Positions 16,249 to 25,668 of a stretch of DNA of 44,321 bases are shown here, piece after piece. The notes under the pieces were generated by a model. That model did not search any database, was not told the DNA's origin, and worked only from the letters and a program-made list of their open reading frames with translations. Within the stretch, counting starts at the first letter, position 1. Every line of letters begins with the position of its first letter. A program made the position numbers and the translations under genes. Origin of the DNA: Candidatus Aminicenantales bacterium (GTDB lineage Bacteria; Acidobacteriota; Aminicenantia; Aminicenantales; Saccharicenantaceae); contig JBEKXF010000027.1 of the NCBI GenBank assembly GCA_049512315.1, positions 1-44,321 of the forward strand. Reading direction: 5' to 3'.

Positions 16249-18264
16249 ATGATGCAAATCACGCGGGTCTTCGCCGTCTGCGCCTTGACCGCATGTTGCG
16301 CCATAGCGTCCATGGCGGAATCTCCTCGGCATCTGTTGACCGTCAGCGCCGATTATGACTCCACGGCTGGCGCGCTGGAGAAAGCCCGGCTGCTCAACGG
16401 ATCGGCGGGCGGCTATGAGCCGATGAATAACCTGAACTGGCTGCCGGAAGCCTACGACAATCTGGCCGCCATCGGCTTCAAGATGATTCGATTGGATCAT
16501 TTGGTGAACGACAAATTCTACCGGGTGGTCGCCCGGGATGAAGCCAGGAAACTCCGGTTCGACTTCAGCCGACTGGACCGGGTGATCAAACCGATGCTCC
16601 ACAAGGGGATGACTCCGCTAATGTGCCTGACGTATTGCCCCGGTGTGCTACTCCCCGACGGCGGCGATGACGGCAGCGTTCCCAAAAACCTGGACGAGTG
16701 GAAGCAAATCGTCAAGGCCTATGTCCAGCACTACAGGGACCTCGGCTCCACTGGCTGGTGCTGGGAAGTCTGGAACGAGCCGGATATATATCGGTTCTTC
16801 AAGGGCTCGGGCCGGGAGTACGTTGCCCTGTATGTCAAAACCGCGGAAGCGATTAAAGAAACGGACCCCACCGCCCGAGTGGGCGGAGCTGCCGACGCCG
16901 GCGTTCTCTCTCCAACCTCCAAGCTCGGACCCCTATTAGATTACGTCAAGGGGCATCCCGCGGTGCCGCTCGAGTTCATTTCCTACCATAAGTATGGCGG
17001 GAGCACTCTCGATGAGAAGCCGCCCTACGATCTAGAATGGAACGTCGACGAAGTGAATGTCCAGCTCGCATCCCGAGGTTTGCCGCCTCGCGACATTTTC
17101 GTCACCGAATGGAATTTGACGCCCGTCATGGACGCAGGCGCGGGGGCTGATGCCGATACGCACCGCGCGGCTGCGGGCGCAGCCGCCAGAATGTATAATG
17201 CCCTCCAGCGCCCCGCTTTGACGAAAGTCTTCTACTTCTCTCTGATCGAAGGCTATCGCTCGAACCGCATCTTCAACGGCGACCTGGGACTCTTGACGGT
17301 CAACAACCACAAGAAAGCTATCTACAACGTATTCAAGATGTTCGCCTCTCTGGGGGACACCATTCTGCGAACTGAAATCAAAGGCCCGACCTCGAAGAGC
17401 CACTCCACCTATGCCTTGGCGACCAGAGAGGCATCCAGCCAAAAAATAGCGATCTTGCTCTGGAATTATGGGGACCAGGCCGTGCCTGTTCAATTGACAG
17501 TCGACAATCTGCCCTATGGGCCCGACGGAAAGAACGTTCAGGTCACCCATTATCAGGTGGATGCGGACCATGCCAATTACTACAAAGACTTCCGGTCAGG
17601 CCTGCGCGGGTATAAGCCGGGGCCAACGGAGGATCTTGAGCCGGTGGAACGCATCGTCTTCGCTCCGACCACCACGTTCAGCCGGGCGGTCACGCTTCTC
17701 CCCTTCTGCGTTGCGGAAATCATTCTGGAGCCAGCGGGCCGGGTCGTTATGCCCGGTGTTTTAGCCAGCCGGCAGGCAGAGCAGGAATTGGACCTTGCCG
17801 CTGCGAAGCCGGTTTCCGCCAGTTCTTCTTTGGAAAAGGCCGGCTGGGGAACAAATCATTTGGTGAACGAAATCACTCACAGTCTGCCTGGCACGCTCGG
17901 CTGGAGCAGCGCCGGTCACGATACGCCGAATCATAGCGAATGGGTGTGCGTGGATCTGGGACGAGCGGTACGGATCGATAACATCAAACTTTACCCGCGA
18001 GATGACCAGGAGGCCGAGGGTGGCGGCTTTCCGGCTGATTTCAAGATTCAAGCGTCAGGTGACCTCAACAACTGGACGGACCTGGTGACCCGGACCGAAT
18101 ACGGTCACGGGCAGAAGACGCTGGGGGTGCAAGCTTTCGTTTTCACCAGCCGACGTTGCCGTTATGTCCGCGTTTATGCAACCAGGCTGGGCAAAGTATC
18201 TTCCAGCCCGCTTGAATATCGTTTTCAATTGGCGGAGCTGGAAGTCTATGGCAAGGACAACTAG
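16249..18264 (+). CDS. GH39-like (clan GH-A) glycoside hydrolase with a C-terminal F5/8 type C (discoidin) domain
   Basis: Signal peptide; FDFSRLD, WEVWNEPD, FISYHKY, VTEWN; C-terminal WVCVDLG..IKLYPR..RYVRV..LAELEVYG. Confidence 0.85.
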   Translation: MMQITRVFAVCALTACCAIASMAESPRHLLTVSADYDSTAGALEKARLLNGSAGGYEPMNNLNWLPEAYDNLAAIGFKMIRLDHLVNDKFYRVVARDEARKLRFDFSRLDRVIKPMLHKGMTPLMCLTYCPGVLLPDGGDDGSVPKNLDEWKQIVKAYVQHYRDLGSTGWCWEVWNEPDIYRFFKGSGREYVALYVKTAEAIKETDPTARVGGAADAGVLSPTSKLGPLLDYVKGHPAVPLEFISYHKYGGSTLDEKPPYDLEWNVDEVNVQLASRGLPPRDIFVTEWNLTPVMDAGAGADADTHRAAAGAAARMYNALQRPALTKVFYFSLIEGYRSNRIFNGDLGLLTVNNHKKAIYNVFKMFASLGDTILRTEIKGPTSKSHSTYALATREASSQKIAILLWNYGDQAVPVQLTVDNLPYGPDGKNVQVTHYQVDADHANYYKDFRSGLRGYKPGPTEDLEPVERIVFAPTTTFSRAVTLLPFCVAEIILEPAGRVVMPGVLASRQAEQELDLAAAKPVSASSSLEKAGWGTNHLVNEITHSLPGTLGWSSAGHDTPNHSEWVCVDLGRAVRIDNIKLYPRDDQEAEGGGFPADFKIQASGDLNNWTDLVTRTEYGHGQKTLGVQAFVFTSRRCRYVRVYATRLGKVSSSPLEYRFQLAELEVYGKDN

Positions 18265-20858
18265 CGAAGGCGGCCGTGGTCGAATGCGGTTCTCGAGCCG
18301 AGGGCGAATAATTCGTTCGCCGGCTTCGGATCGAAGAAGATCCCGCTCAGCGTGACACCGTCTCCCCGGACTCTGTCAATCCTGAACTTGGCCGATCTGT
18401 CATACGCATAAACCAAATATGCGCCGCCAGAAAATCCTTTCACAACGCGGACGGGGGCGATCAGTTTCAAGGTGTCGGAGTCGAACATCTCCACGGCCAG
18501 CCGCCGGCCTTTATCGTTCCAATCGACGAAATACAGGGCTACCTGATAGGACCGTGTGCCGTCGATGCCGATGGTCAGGGTCATGGTTTGATCGCTATTG
18601 GAAACACAGGCCGCGTTTCGCGGGGTGGTATTGTCTGGATCGGGCGAAAGGGCCCGTGAATCCGAGGTCCTTGAAGCCCAGGTCGTGGCATCAGGCAGGC
18701 CAGCTTTCGGAAATGCCCTGAAATATTCCAAAGACGTCACATAGGGAGGCAGAGATTTTTTGTCGCGGCCGGCGGTCGTGTAGTTACAGAGGACATATCC
18801 CTCCCTGCCGTAGACGCCGCCCCAGTCACCGCCAGTGGCCGTATCCAGCTTGATGAACCGGGCGGCGTACTCCACCGGCGGTTCGTGATAGGCTGGCGTC
18901 TCGCCGCGATACGTCGTGGAGAACGCATAAGTGCCGGGCTCGACCGAGGCGAAGATCACGAATTCCGAATCCTGGCGGGCCCCTCCGAGACCTGGAACCG
19001 GATGGAAATCGCCATCCCAGGCCAACCGACCGTTTACCGAGATACGGATGATCGTCTTTCCGACTTTCGGAATCCCGATGCGGCCCAGCGTCCCGGCCGG
19101 CGCCGAAACGGCGCCCTGCCCTGAGGCGACGTTGAAACGGACGCGGATGTCGCCGCGAGGAGTCGGGGTCGTTCCCGACACCCAGGTTAGTGTCCGACCC
19201 GGATGAGGAAGGACGTCATAGGTGGTGAAGCCGGGGGACGTGGGGACGATCCCGAGCACCTCTTCATTCAGCCATTTGACGGGTCCCGCACCCCAGGGAT
19301 GACAGAGGCTGACGATGCCGCACTGGGTGTTGGGAACGGCATCGTTCGGTCCGATGACCGAAAGCCACGACGGCCGGAACACCTCGAAGGTCGTGGTTCC
19401 TCCGTACTTAATCATGCCTCCCCATAGGTCCCTGACGGTACTTAAAGCGTCATCGTATTTGTTGAGCTTCGCCAGGGCCTGGAGAATGAAATATTGGTTG
19501 AAGGGCGAGAGCGAAACCCTGTTGACCCGGTCGCGGAATTCCTTTTCGAAGAGCGCTTCCCGCTCGACCGCAGTGAGCAGTCCGGTGGTCACGGCATCGG
19601 CCGCAGCATGAAGGCCAAGGCGGGAATACCAATTCCCGTCTTTCCTCAGGTCGGCCAGCTTGGAATGGGCATAGCTTGAATACTTGTCACGCAAATCCGG
19701 GCGGCCGAATTTTTCCATCGCTGCGGCAAAGTCCCTCCAGGTGCGGATCGATAGCATTTTGTAGGCTCTCTGAGCTTCCGGACACGGTTTGAACCAGATT
19801 TCGAATCCGGCGCACAAACGCTCGTCCCAGCCGTAAAACCTGAGCTTGGGGTCCGTTCCGAACGAAGCGTAGGATTCATCGAGCTTAGCACAGGCGTTGG
19901 CGACATAGCGCTCCAACGTCGCCGCGTCGCCCGTGTAATTGTAATAATCCAGTAAACTCAAGACCCAGTACAGCGAATAGCTCCGGATGCCGTTGTTCAG
20001 GTCCGCCGTGGACTCGATATTCCGCTTGACGAAATCGTAGTTGCCGAAGGCCACGAGGGCGGCGGCTTGCGAGGGGTGGGCATCGCCAGTCCATGACATG
20101 CGGTCGCCGCGGTCCATGAGAATGGCGCCAAAATAATCCTTGACCAAACTGGCTTTCACGCCGTACGCGGACGCATACCAAATCTTCGTCAGAAGGGGAT
20201 CGTCGCATGAGAAGCTGCCCGCATAATTGGCCGGCTTGACCTGGCATACGGCCCGAATCCCCTTGATATGCCAGGGAGCATCCGGCGACTTCGCGTGGAT
20301 CCAAGCGAACCGGACCCCCTCGTAGAGTTCGCGATTCAGTTCAAGCCTGTAGGTGTGGCCGTACTTGACCGGCGTTTTGGTTTTGTCCTGTCCGGGTTCA
20401 TTGTACTCGGAGATGCTCATCTCAATGCCCCCCGGGCAATCAGGACTGTCGAATTCCACCCAGGCGGCCATCTCCAAACCGAAATCGAGCCTGATGGCGC
20501 CCGCGCCCCTGACGGTCACGTCGGGCTTGGGACCGGTCAGGGACGGCAGATTCTCGAACGACCCGGCCGGGTCGGAGGAGACGGCCTTAGGCTCAAGAAG
20601 GAAAACCTCCAGCCCATCAGAGGCCTTGGGATTGGGCCAGCGGTATGCGACAAGCGGGTCGGGCGATTCAGGCACCGCCGGTCCGCTGAACCGTCCGGCG
20701 CCGACGTAGGCATAGAGCTCGGGAATCGGCGACCGGCCCCCGATGAGCGTGTCCTGAATGGCCGCTTGGGCGCCTTGAGGAACGATGCGGGCCAAGCCGG
20801 AGAGCACAGCCAGCGCGATGGCCCCGGTCATGAGGACTTTGATCAGGCGTTGGACCAT
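18261..20858 (-). CDS. GH78 alpha-L-rhamnosidase-like protein with an extra C-terminal domain
   Basis: IRLDFG, GSFSCDDPLLTKIW, DRGDRMSWTGD, TTTFE, SLCHPWGAGP, PTPRGDI; signal peptide. Confidence 0.8.
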   Translation of the reverse strand: MVQRLIKVLMTGAIALAVLSGLARIVPQGAQAAIQDTLIGGRSPIPELYAYVGAGRFSGPAVPESPDPLVAYRWPNPKASDGLEVFLLEPKAVSSDPAGSFENLPSLTGPKPDVTVRGAGAIRLDFGLEMAAWVEFDSPDCPGGIEMSISEYNEPGQDKTKTPVKYGHTYRLELNRELYEGVRFAWIHAKSPDAPWHIKGIRAVCQVKPANYAGSFSCDDPLLTKIWYASAYGVKASLVKDYFGAILMDRGDRMSWTGDAHPSQAAALVAFGNYDFVKRNIESTADLNNGIRSYSLYWVLSLLDYYNYTGDAATLERYVANACAKLDESYASFGTDPKLRFYGWDERLCAGFEIWFKPCPEAQRAYKMLSIRTWRDFAAAMEKFGRPDLRDKYSSYAHSKLADLRKDGNWYSRLGLHAAADAVTTGLLTAVEREALFEKEFRDRVNRVSLSPFNQYFILQALAKLNKYDDALSTVRDLWGGMIKYGGTTTFEVFRPSWLSVIGPNDAVPNTQCGIVSLCHPWGAGPVKWLNEEVLGIVPTSPGFTTYDVLPHPGRTLTWVSGTTPTPRGDIRVRFNVASGQGAVSAPAGTLGRIGIPKVGKTIIRISVNGRLAWDGDFHPVPGLGGARQDSEFVIFASVEPGTYAFSTTYRGETPAYHEPPVEYAARFIKLDTATGGDWGGVYGREGYVLCNYTTAGRDKKSLPPYVTSLEYFRAFPKAGLPDATTWASRTSDSRALSPDPDNTTPRNAACVSNSDQTMTLTIGIDGTRSYQVALYFVDWNDKGRRLAVEMFDSDTLKLIAPVRVVKGFSGGAYLVYAYDRSAKFRIDRVRGDGVTLSGIFFDPKPANELFALGSRTAFDHGRLR

Positions 20859-20925
20859 GACGTCATTCCTGTGGTCAAGCCCCGGTGATCATGGCTTGCC
20901 GTGGCATCTTCAGGATCGTCGCTGA

Positions 20926-23178
20926 TCAGCGAAGTTCTCGGGGGAATTCTTTAGTAATTCCCCAAAGCCCCATTTCGAAATTTTTGAAACCAAGCCGCAG
21001 GGCTGGCGATTCGGGCCGCACCCGGTAATCGTTCCTAGCCGGGTCGACGAAAAGGGGATCGGCGAAGACCGAGTTCCGGTCGAAACCGAGCTTGCGCCAT
21101 TCCTCGAGATCGACCCGGCGGGATCCGCTTTCGGGGCCGTTTTCGCCACGCATCTGGCTAATCCGGGCCGTGAATCGATCGGACCTGCTGAAGAGGCAGT
21201 TATAGTCGATCTCCTCGAGCCACAGGCCCCGCGCCGGCGGGGCGATAATCGAATAGACGTCGTCACGGGCCATCACCGTGATGTTCCGGAAATAGCGGTC
21301 GTGGTTGTCCTCGTTGCCCACATGGAAGCAGGGCGCGACGTTGCTGTCGACCCAGATGTTATTATAGACGGTCCGATAGGCCCCCTCGCGCAGCTTGATG
21401 CTGATGCCCTTGGAAATATTGTTATAGATTTCGTAGTTCGAGGCGCCGTCGTCCAGGTCCAGACCCCAGCCCGAGTGGTCCTCGAAGAGATTGTTCCGCA
21501 GGATGACCGGCTCCATGGCATCGATTTTGACGGCACCGGCCTCGAGACTTCGGTGGACGCTATATTCGGAGTGGGATTGCGTCAAACTCCAGAACCGCTC
21601 GCGCCCCCAAGCGTTGAACGGTCCGTGGTCACCCGTTTCGCGGACGGTGTCGTGGATGTAGTTGAACTCGATGACGTGGCCGCCCCACGTGCCGTCGCCG
21701 ATGCAAATGCCCGCCCGGGGCATGTTGTAAATGGTGTTGTGGGCGGCCGTGATGCGCTTGGCCCGGGAGATGTAGACGCCGGCGATCTGCTTGCCGAAGA
21801 CCCCGCAGTCGTGGATCAGGTTGTTGGACACCGTGCATTCGTAGGGGAAGGCGCGGCGGGTGCCGTTCGTAGCCCCCAGGGTCCCGACGAGGCAGACCGC
21901 GCTGTCGCCTGTTTCCGTGAACTTGCACCCCGTCACGGTGGCATTCCGGTTGTAATTGCTGATGAAGACGGCGTTGCCGCCGACGGCGTCGAACCAGCAG
22001 TTTCTGACCGAGCAGTCCTGGGTCCCCTCCAGGAACACTGTCCCCCCGCGGTGGATGGCCCAGTCGCTCAGGGATGGAATGTCGTAGGGTTCCAGGAAGG
22101 TCGAGGCCGTCTGTGTCAGGCAGAAGCCCTCGATGGCGATGTGGCGGACCGGGGCATCCTGCGTCCCGACGAACCGGACGAGCTGCTCGAGGAGCGGGGC
22201 CTCGACGCGCGTGGCGGTCATGTCGACTCCCGGCTCTGGCATGTAATAGAGAATTCCGGCTTTGACGTCCAGATACCATTCCCCCGGAGAGTCGAGCTCC
22301 TCAAACACGTTCTCAACAAAAAAGCGCGAGTCCGCTTCGATCTTGGCCGGGTCCTCGAACCACTTGGCACCCATCTGGAACCCGCCCTCCCCGAACCAGA
22401 TCGCCCGGCCGTCATAATCGATCGCCTTCAGCCTCCATTGGAGATTCCCCCACTCCCAGCCCTGGAAAATATGGATGACCGCCTCCTCGGGCCGGGCCCA
22501 GTGTTTGACCGTGAACGAAGCGGGGTCGAAGAGGATGCCCCGCGGGGCGCCGCCCGAGAAGGTCATGTCGTCGTTCTCTCCGGGTTTAGGGTCCGGACGC
22601 CCGTCCGGGATCGGGCCCACGGGATGGATATAGCCGCTTCGCCCGGGTTTCGAATCGTCCCGGTTTGGAAATCGGGCTAGAGTCTGGCGTTTGCCGTTGA
22701 CGAAGAGCTGCGAAAAACGGAGCCCCCCCTGTTTGATGGCGGGCAGCTCGCACATCAGGATCCCGTTTCGGTATGGCTTCCAGCGGCAATCCAGGGTGCG
22801 GCTCCCGCTGATGGTCACACGTTCGCCCGGGGCGGCAGCAAAGACGACGGGGGACGCCGCCGATCCGGAGTCCTCGGGCAAGAACACGAGAGGGCGGTCG
22901 AGAGCATAAGTGCCTTGACCCACCTCGACGACGGCCGGGCCAGAGGCCATCTTTTTCCATGCCCGCAGCGCCTGCTGGGCCCGGGCTAGCGTGGCGAACG
23001 GCGCCAACTTCGTGCCGGGATTTCTGTCGTGGCCGGAGCTCGAGACGTGGAACGTAGCCACCACAGAGGAAACGGATTTCGAAGAGGGCGGCGGATCGCC
23101 GGCCATCGGAAATAATCCGAAGGCTGACAGGATCATTGCACCGAGAAACACCCGTCGGCCATTCACCGCTCGCGTCAT
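20926..23178 (-). CDS. right-handed beta-helix glycosidase, GH141-like
   Basis: FHVSSSGHDRNPGT..PFATLARA, QLFVNG..LARFPN, ENVFEELDSPGEWY, beta-helix repeats, ETGDHG, LDLDDG; signal peptide. Confidence 0.8.
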   Translation of the reverse strand: MTRAVNGRRVFLGAMILSAFGLFPMAGDPPPSSKSVSSVVATFHVSSSGHDRNPGTKLAPFATLARAQQALRAWKKMASGPAVVEVGQGTYALDRPLVFLPEDSGSAASPVVFAAAPGERVTISGSRTLDCRWKPYRNGILMCELPAIKQGGLRFSQLFVNGKRQTLARFPNRDDSKPGRSGYIHPVGPIPDGRPDPKPGENDDMTFSGGAPRGILFDPASFTVKHWARPEEAVIHIFQGWEWGNLQWRLKAIDYDGRAIWFGEGGFQMGAKWFEDPAKIEADSRFFVENVFEELDSPGEWYLDVKAGILYYMPEPGVDMTATRVEAPLLEQLVRFVGTQDAPVRHIAIEGFCLTQTASTFLEPYDIPSLSDWAIHRGGTVFLEGTQDCSVRNCWFDAVGGNAVFISNYNRNATVTGCKFTETGDSAVCLVGTLGATNGTRRAFPYECTVSNNLIHDCGVFGKQIAGVYISRAKRITAAHNTIYNMPRAGICIGDGTWGGHVIEFNYIHDTVRETGDHGPFNAWGRERFWSLTQSHSEYSVHRSLEAGAVKIDAMEPVILRNNLFEDHSGWGLDLDDGASNYEIYNNISKGISIKLREGAYRTVYNNIWVDSNVAPCFHVGNEDNHDRYFRNITVMARDDVYSIIAPPARGLWLEEIDYNCLFSRSDRFTARISQMRGENGPESGSRRVDLEEWRKLGFDRNSVFADPLFVDPARNDYRVRPESPALRLGFKNFEMGLWGITKEFPRELR

Positions 23179-23367
23179 CCCCGGTTCTCCTTCTTGGCCG
23201 GCGCCGGACGCTGCCGTTTTGCCTCGGCCTAGCTGTGGGGAAAGTATAATAAACGGGACCTGCTGTCAAACACTCCGGAGCGGGCCACCCACGCCCTGCC
23301 AACTACGGCAATTGACCGGCCTGCCGGCCAGAAGCCAGCACGGAATCTCCAAGAAAGCGAACCCGGA

Positions 23368-25668
23368 TCAACGCGGTTTTTCTCGATAAACATCCAGTTC
23401 ATAGATCGACCAATGGTAGGTGGCATCCGTGCCGATCTGCGTGATCCTGATATAACGCGCAGTCTGAGCCGGAAAGATGATGGTGGTCATTCCCAACTGC
23501 CCCGGTCCCGAGGCGATAGGGCTTCCCCAATTGACTTCGTCGCTGGAGACTGAAACTGAATAGGACTTGGGAAAATCCCACAAAGCCCAAGTGTTGTCGA
23601 GAACAATTTTGGAAAACGTTTCCGCCCGTCTCATATCGACTTGGAACCATTGTCCGCTGTGTTGTGTTTTCGTCATGTCGCGCCAGCCGGTCCAATGGTC
23701 CCCGTCGATGGCATTGGCGGCCGAGACATCGACCGAGATATTATCTCCGCTGAAGAGAAAAGTGCCGTCTTTGACCGAGGCCGAAGCAATCCAGGATTTC
23801 TTCTCAAGCGGGATATCATCCGCCGGAGGCGGTGGCAGCGGCTTCGGCGAGCTTATCGGCAGCGCGCCCAAACCGAGAAAAGTCCATGTCCCCGGGTCCG
23901 TATTGAATTTGATATATCCGTCGTCCTCTCCATTCCAGGAGATGCCTTTCACCCCGCCCCGATAGGTTCCACTCCAAACGGTCGTCCCGTTGACCTTGAT
24001 GGCATTCAGCTCCAAAAATGAATTCTTGGGGATGCCGACGATGGCTTGGGTGTTCGGGGGCGATATCAATTCCAGGGAATATTCCGTTGTGGTTTTCTTC
24101 ATGTTGACCGTGATGTTGCCCTTGATGGAGGGGACATCGACCTTGATCGCAGTCAGAAACGCTTCTTTGGGCAGTACATGGTACGTCGTCCACCCGGGTG
24201 CCTCCGGGGCAATTCCAGCGATGGTTTGGGAAAGATTCAGGACAGGGGGATTCCAACCGTGATTGAGTGACGAGGCCGCGTCAAAGGCATTGAGGCCTGT
24301 CGCCCACCACCGATCGTAATGTTCCCACAAGGTCGTGAAGCTGCACGGGATCATGGTTTTATATCGATTGGACATTCTGAGCAAGGCCGCGTCCTGTTTT
24401 CCCATGGTGCACAGGGCCTCGAAGACCCAACGGTCGAAAAAGCAGCTGGCGTTCGTCATTTTCGTCAGCACCGTGTCGTAGATCGCGACCCATTTGGAGC
24501 GGTCTGCCAGTCCGGCATTGACCGCCATAGCATTCGCCCGGTCGTCCGGCGTGGAGACGTTCGCCGACATATAACAATTCCCTTTCCAATATTTGCCGTT
24601 AAACATGCTTTTGATGGCCTCGAGCCTCTCCTCGATGGCCGGGATATCCGCGTCATGCCCGGTCACTTGGGCCATCTTCTTTAGGGTTTTGAGGTCAATA
24701 TAAAAGAAACAGGTCTCGATGATGGGGATATCCTTGATATCCTTTCCCCAATCGAACCATTGCCGGGGATTGCCGAATTTATAGGTCTCCAAAAGAAAAG
24801 TCTTGGTCGAGTCATAGACGGCCTTTATGGAATCCAGATCTCCGGTGTGCAGGTAATAGAACCACAGCCCGTATTCGCCGAGAAATTCCAAGTGTTGACC
24901 CGGATAGAAATTGGGCTCGAGTTTCCTCAGAACCAGCTCTTTGCACAGCCGGTGGGACGCCATATCGAAGGCATAAAAGCACTGGTCGAGTTCAGGCGTC
25001 CCATCGCCCCAGAATCCGACCCTCTCCCGGTCGGGGCAGTCGTAGAAATGGTCTCTCATACAGATATAGGCGGTCCTGGCCCCCTTTTTCCAGAGGATAT
25101 TGTAGTCGTTGTCGTTGCACTCGAACGAACCGGCCAACGTTGTGTCGTATCCCGTTTCCCGGTACTTGACGGCTTTCACCGTCACGCCCGCAGGAATGGC
25201 ATAAATGGCGCCCTCCCCGCTGACCCAATTTCTCGCCTCATGCGTTTGCTTGCCCGAAACGGTCGTATATGTCTCCGTGGGCGTCAGATATAGGACAAGC
25301 GGGTTGCTGGAGTTGAAGCGGATCATTTGGCCTGCAGGGGCTTCCAGCTGAATCCAGGGCTGAAAATGGCAGTTATACGGCATGCGGCAGACGAGCTTCC
25401 AGCCCTTATTCTCCGAATGCGGCAGGTCCTCGGAGAGGCCGATATAATCTCTCAATCCATAATCCTTCAAGCCCGAAAATGCCTCCGTGGAGGCTTGGCT
25501 CGTCTGCCTCTGAGCCGGACTGGGTTTGGCCGACGGGATCAGGGCGGAATCCATCGGCGATGCGGCCGCTGTGAGAACGATGAATGCGCTGACCCTGATC
25601 AGCTTGATCCAGGGAGTCTTCATCAACGGGGCTTCGACCCGGAGGACCGAGCGGCTCTTATCCATCAA
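23368..25668 (-). CDS. GH78 alpha-L-rhamnosidase-like protein with a C-terminal F5/8 type C domain
   Basis: DCPDRERVGFWGD, TTLWE, SLNHGW; C-terminal NAIDGD..QWFQVDM..ARYIRI..WSIYELDVY; alternative start 25623. Confidence 0.82.
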   Translation of the reverse strand: MMDKSRSVLRVEAPLMKTPWIKLIRVSAFIVLTAAASPMDSALIPSAKPSPAQRQTSQASTEAFSGLKDYGLRDYIGLSEDLPHSENKGWKLVCRMPYNCHFQPWIQLEAPAGQMIRFNSSNPLVLYLTPTETYTTVSGKQTHEARNWVSGEGAIYAIPAGVTVKAVKYRETGYDTTLAGSFECNDNDYNILWKKGARTAYICMRDHFYDCPDRERVGFWGDGTPELDQCFYAFDMASHRLCKELVLRKLEPNFYPGQHLEFLGEYGLWFYYLHTGDLDSIKAVYDSTKTFLLETYKFGNPRQWFDWGKDIKDIPIIETCFFYIDLKTLKKMAQVTGHDADIPAIEERLEAIKSMFNGKYWKGNCYMSANVSTPDDRANAMAVNAGLADRSKWVAIYDTVLTKMTNASCFFDRWVFEALCTMGKQDAALLRMSNRYKTMIPCSFTTLWEHYDRWWATGLNAFDAASSLNHGWNPPVLNLSQTIAGIAPEAPGWTTYHVLPKEAFLTAIKVDVPSIKGNITVNMKKTTTEYSLELISPPNTQAIVGIPKNSFLELNAIKVNGTTVWSGTYRGGVKGISWNGEDDGYIKFNTDPGTWTFLGLGALPISSPKPLPPPPADDIPLEKKSWIASASVKDGTFLFSGDNISVDVSAANAIDGDHWTGWRDMTKTQHSGQWFQVDMRRAETFSKIVLDNTWALWDFPKSYSVSVSSDEVNWGSPIASGPGQLGMTTIIFPAQTARYIRITQIGTDATYHWSIYELDVYREKPR

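Noticed and set aside
23243..23269. TTGACA/TATACT promoter before the GH141-like gene
   Set aside because: The spacer is only 15 bp; plausible but not well enough supported to list.
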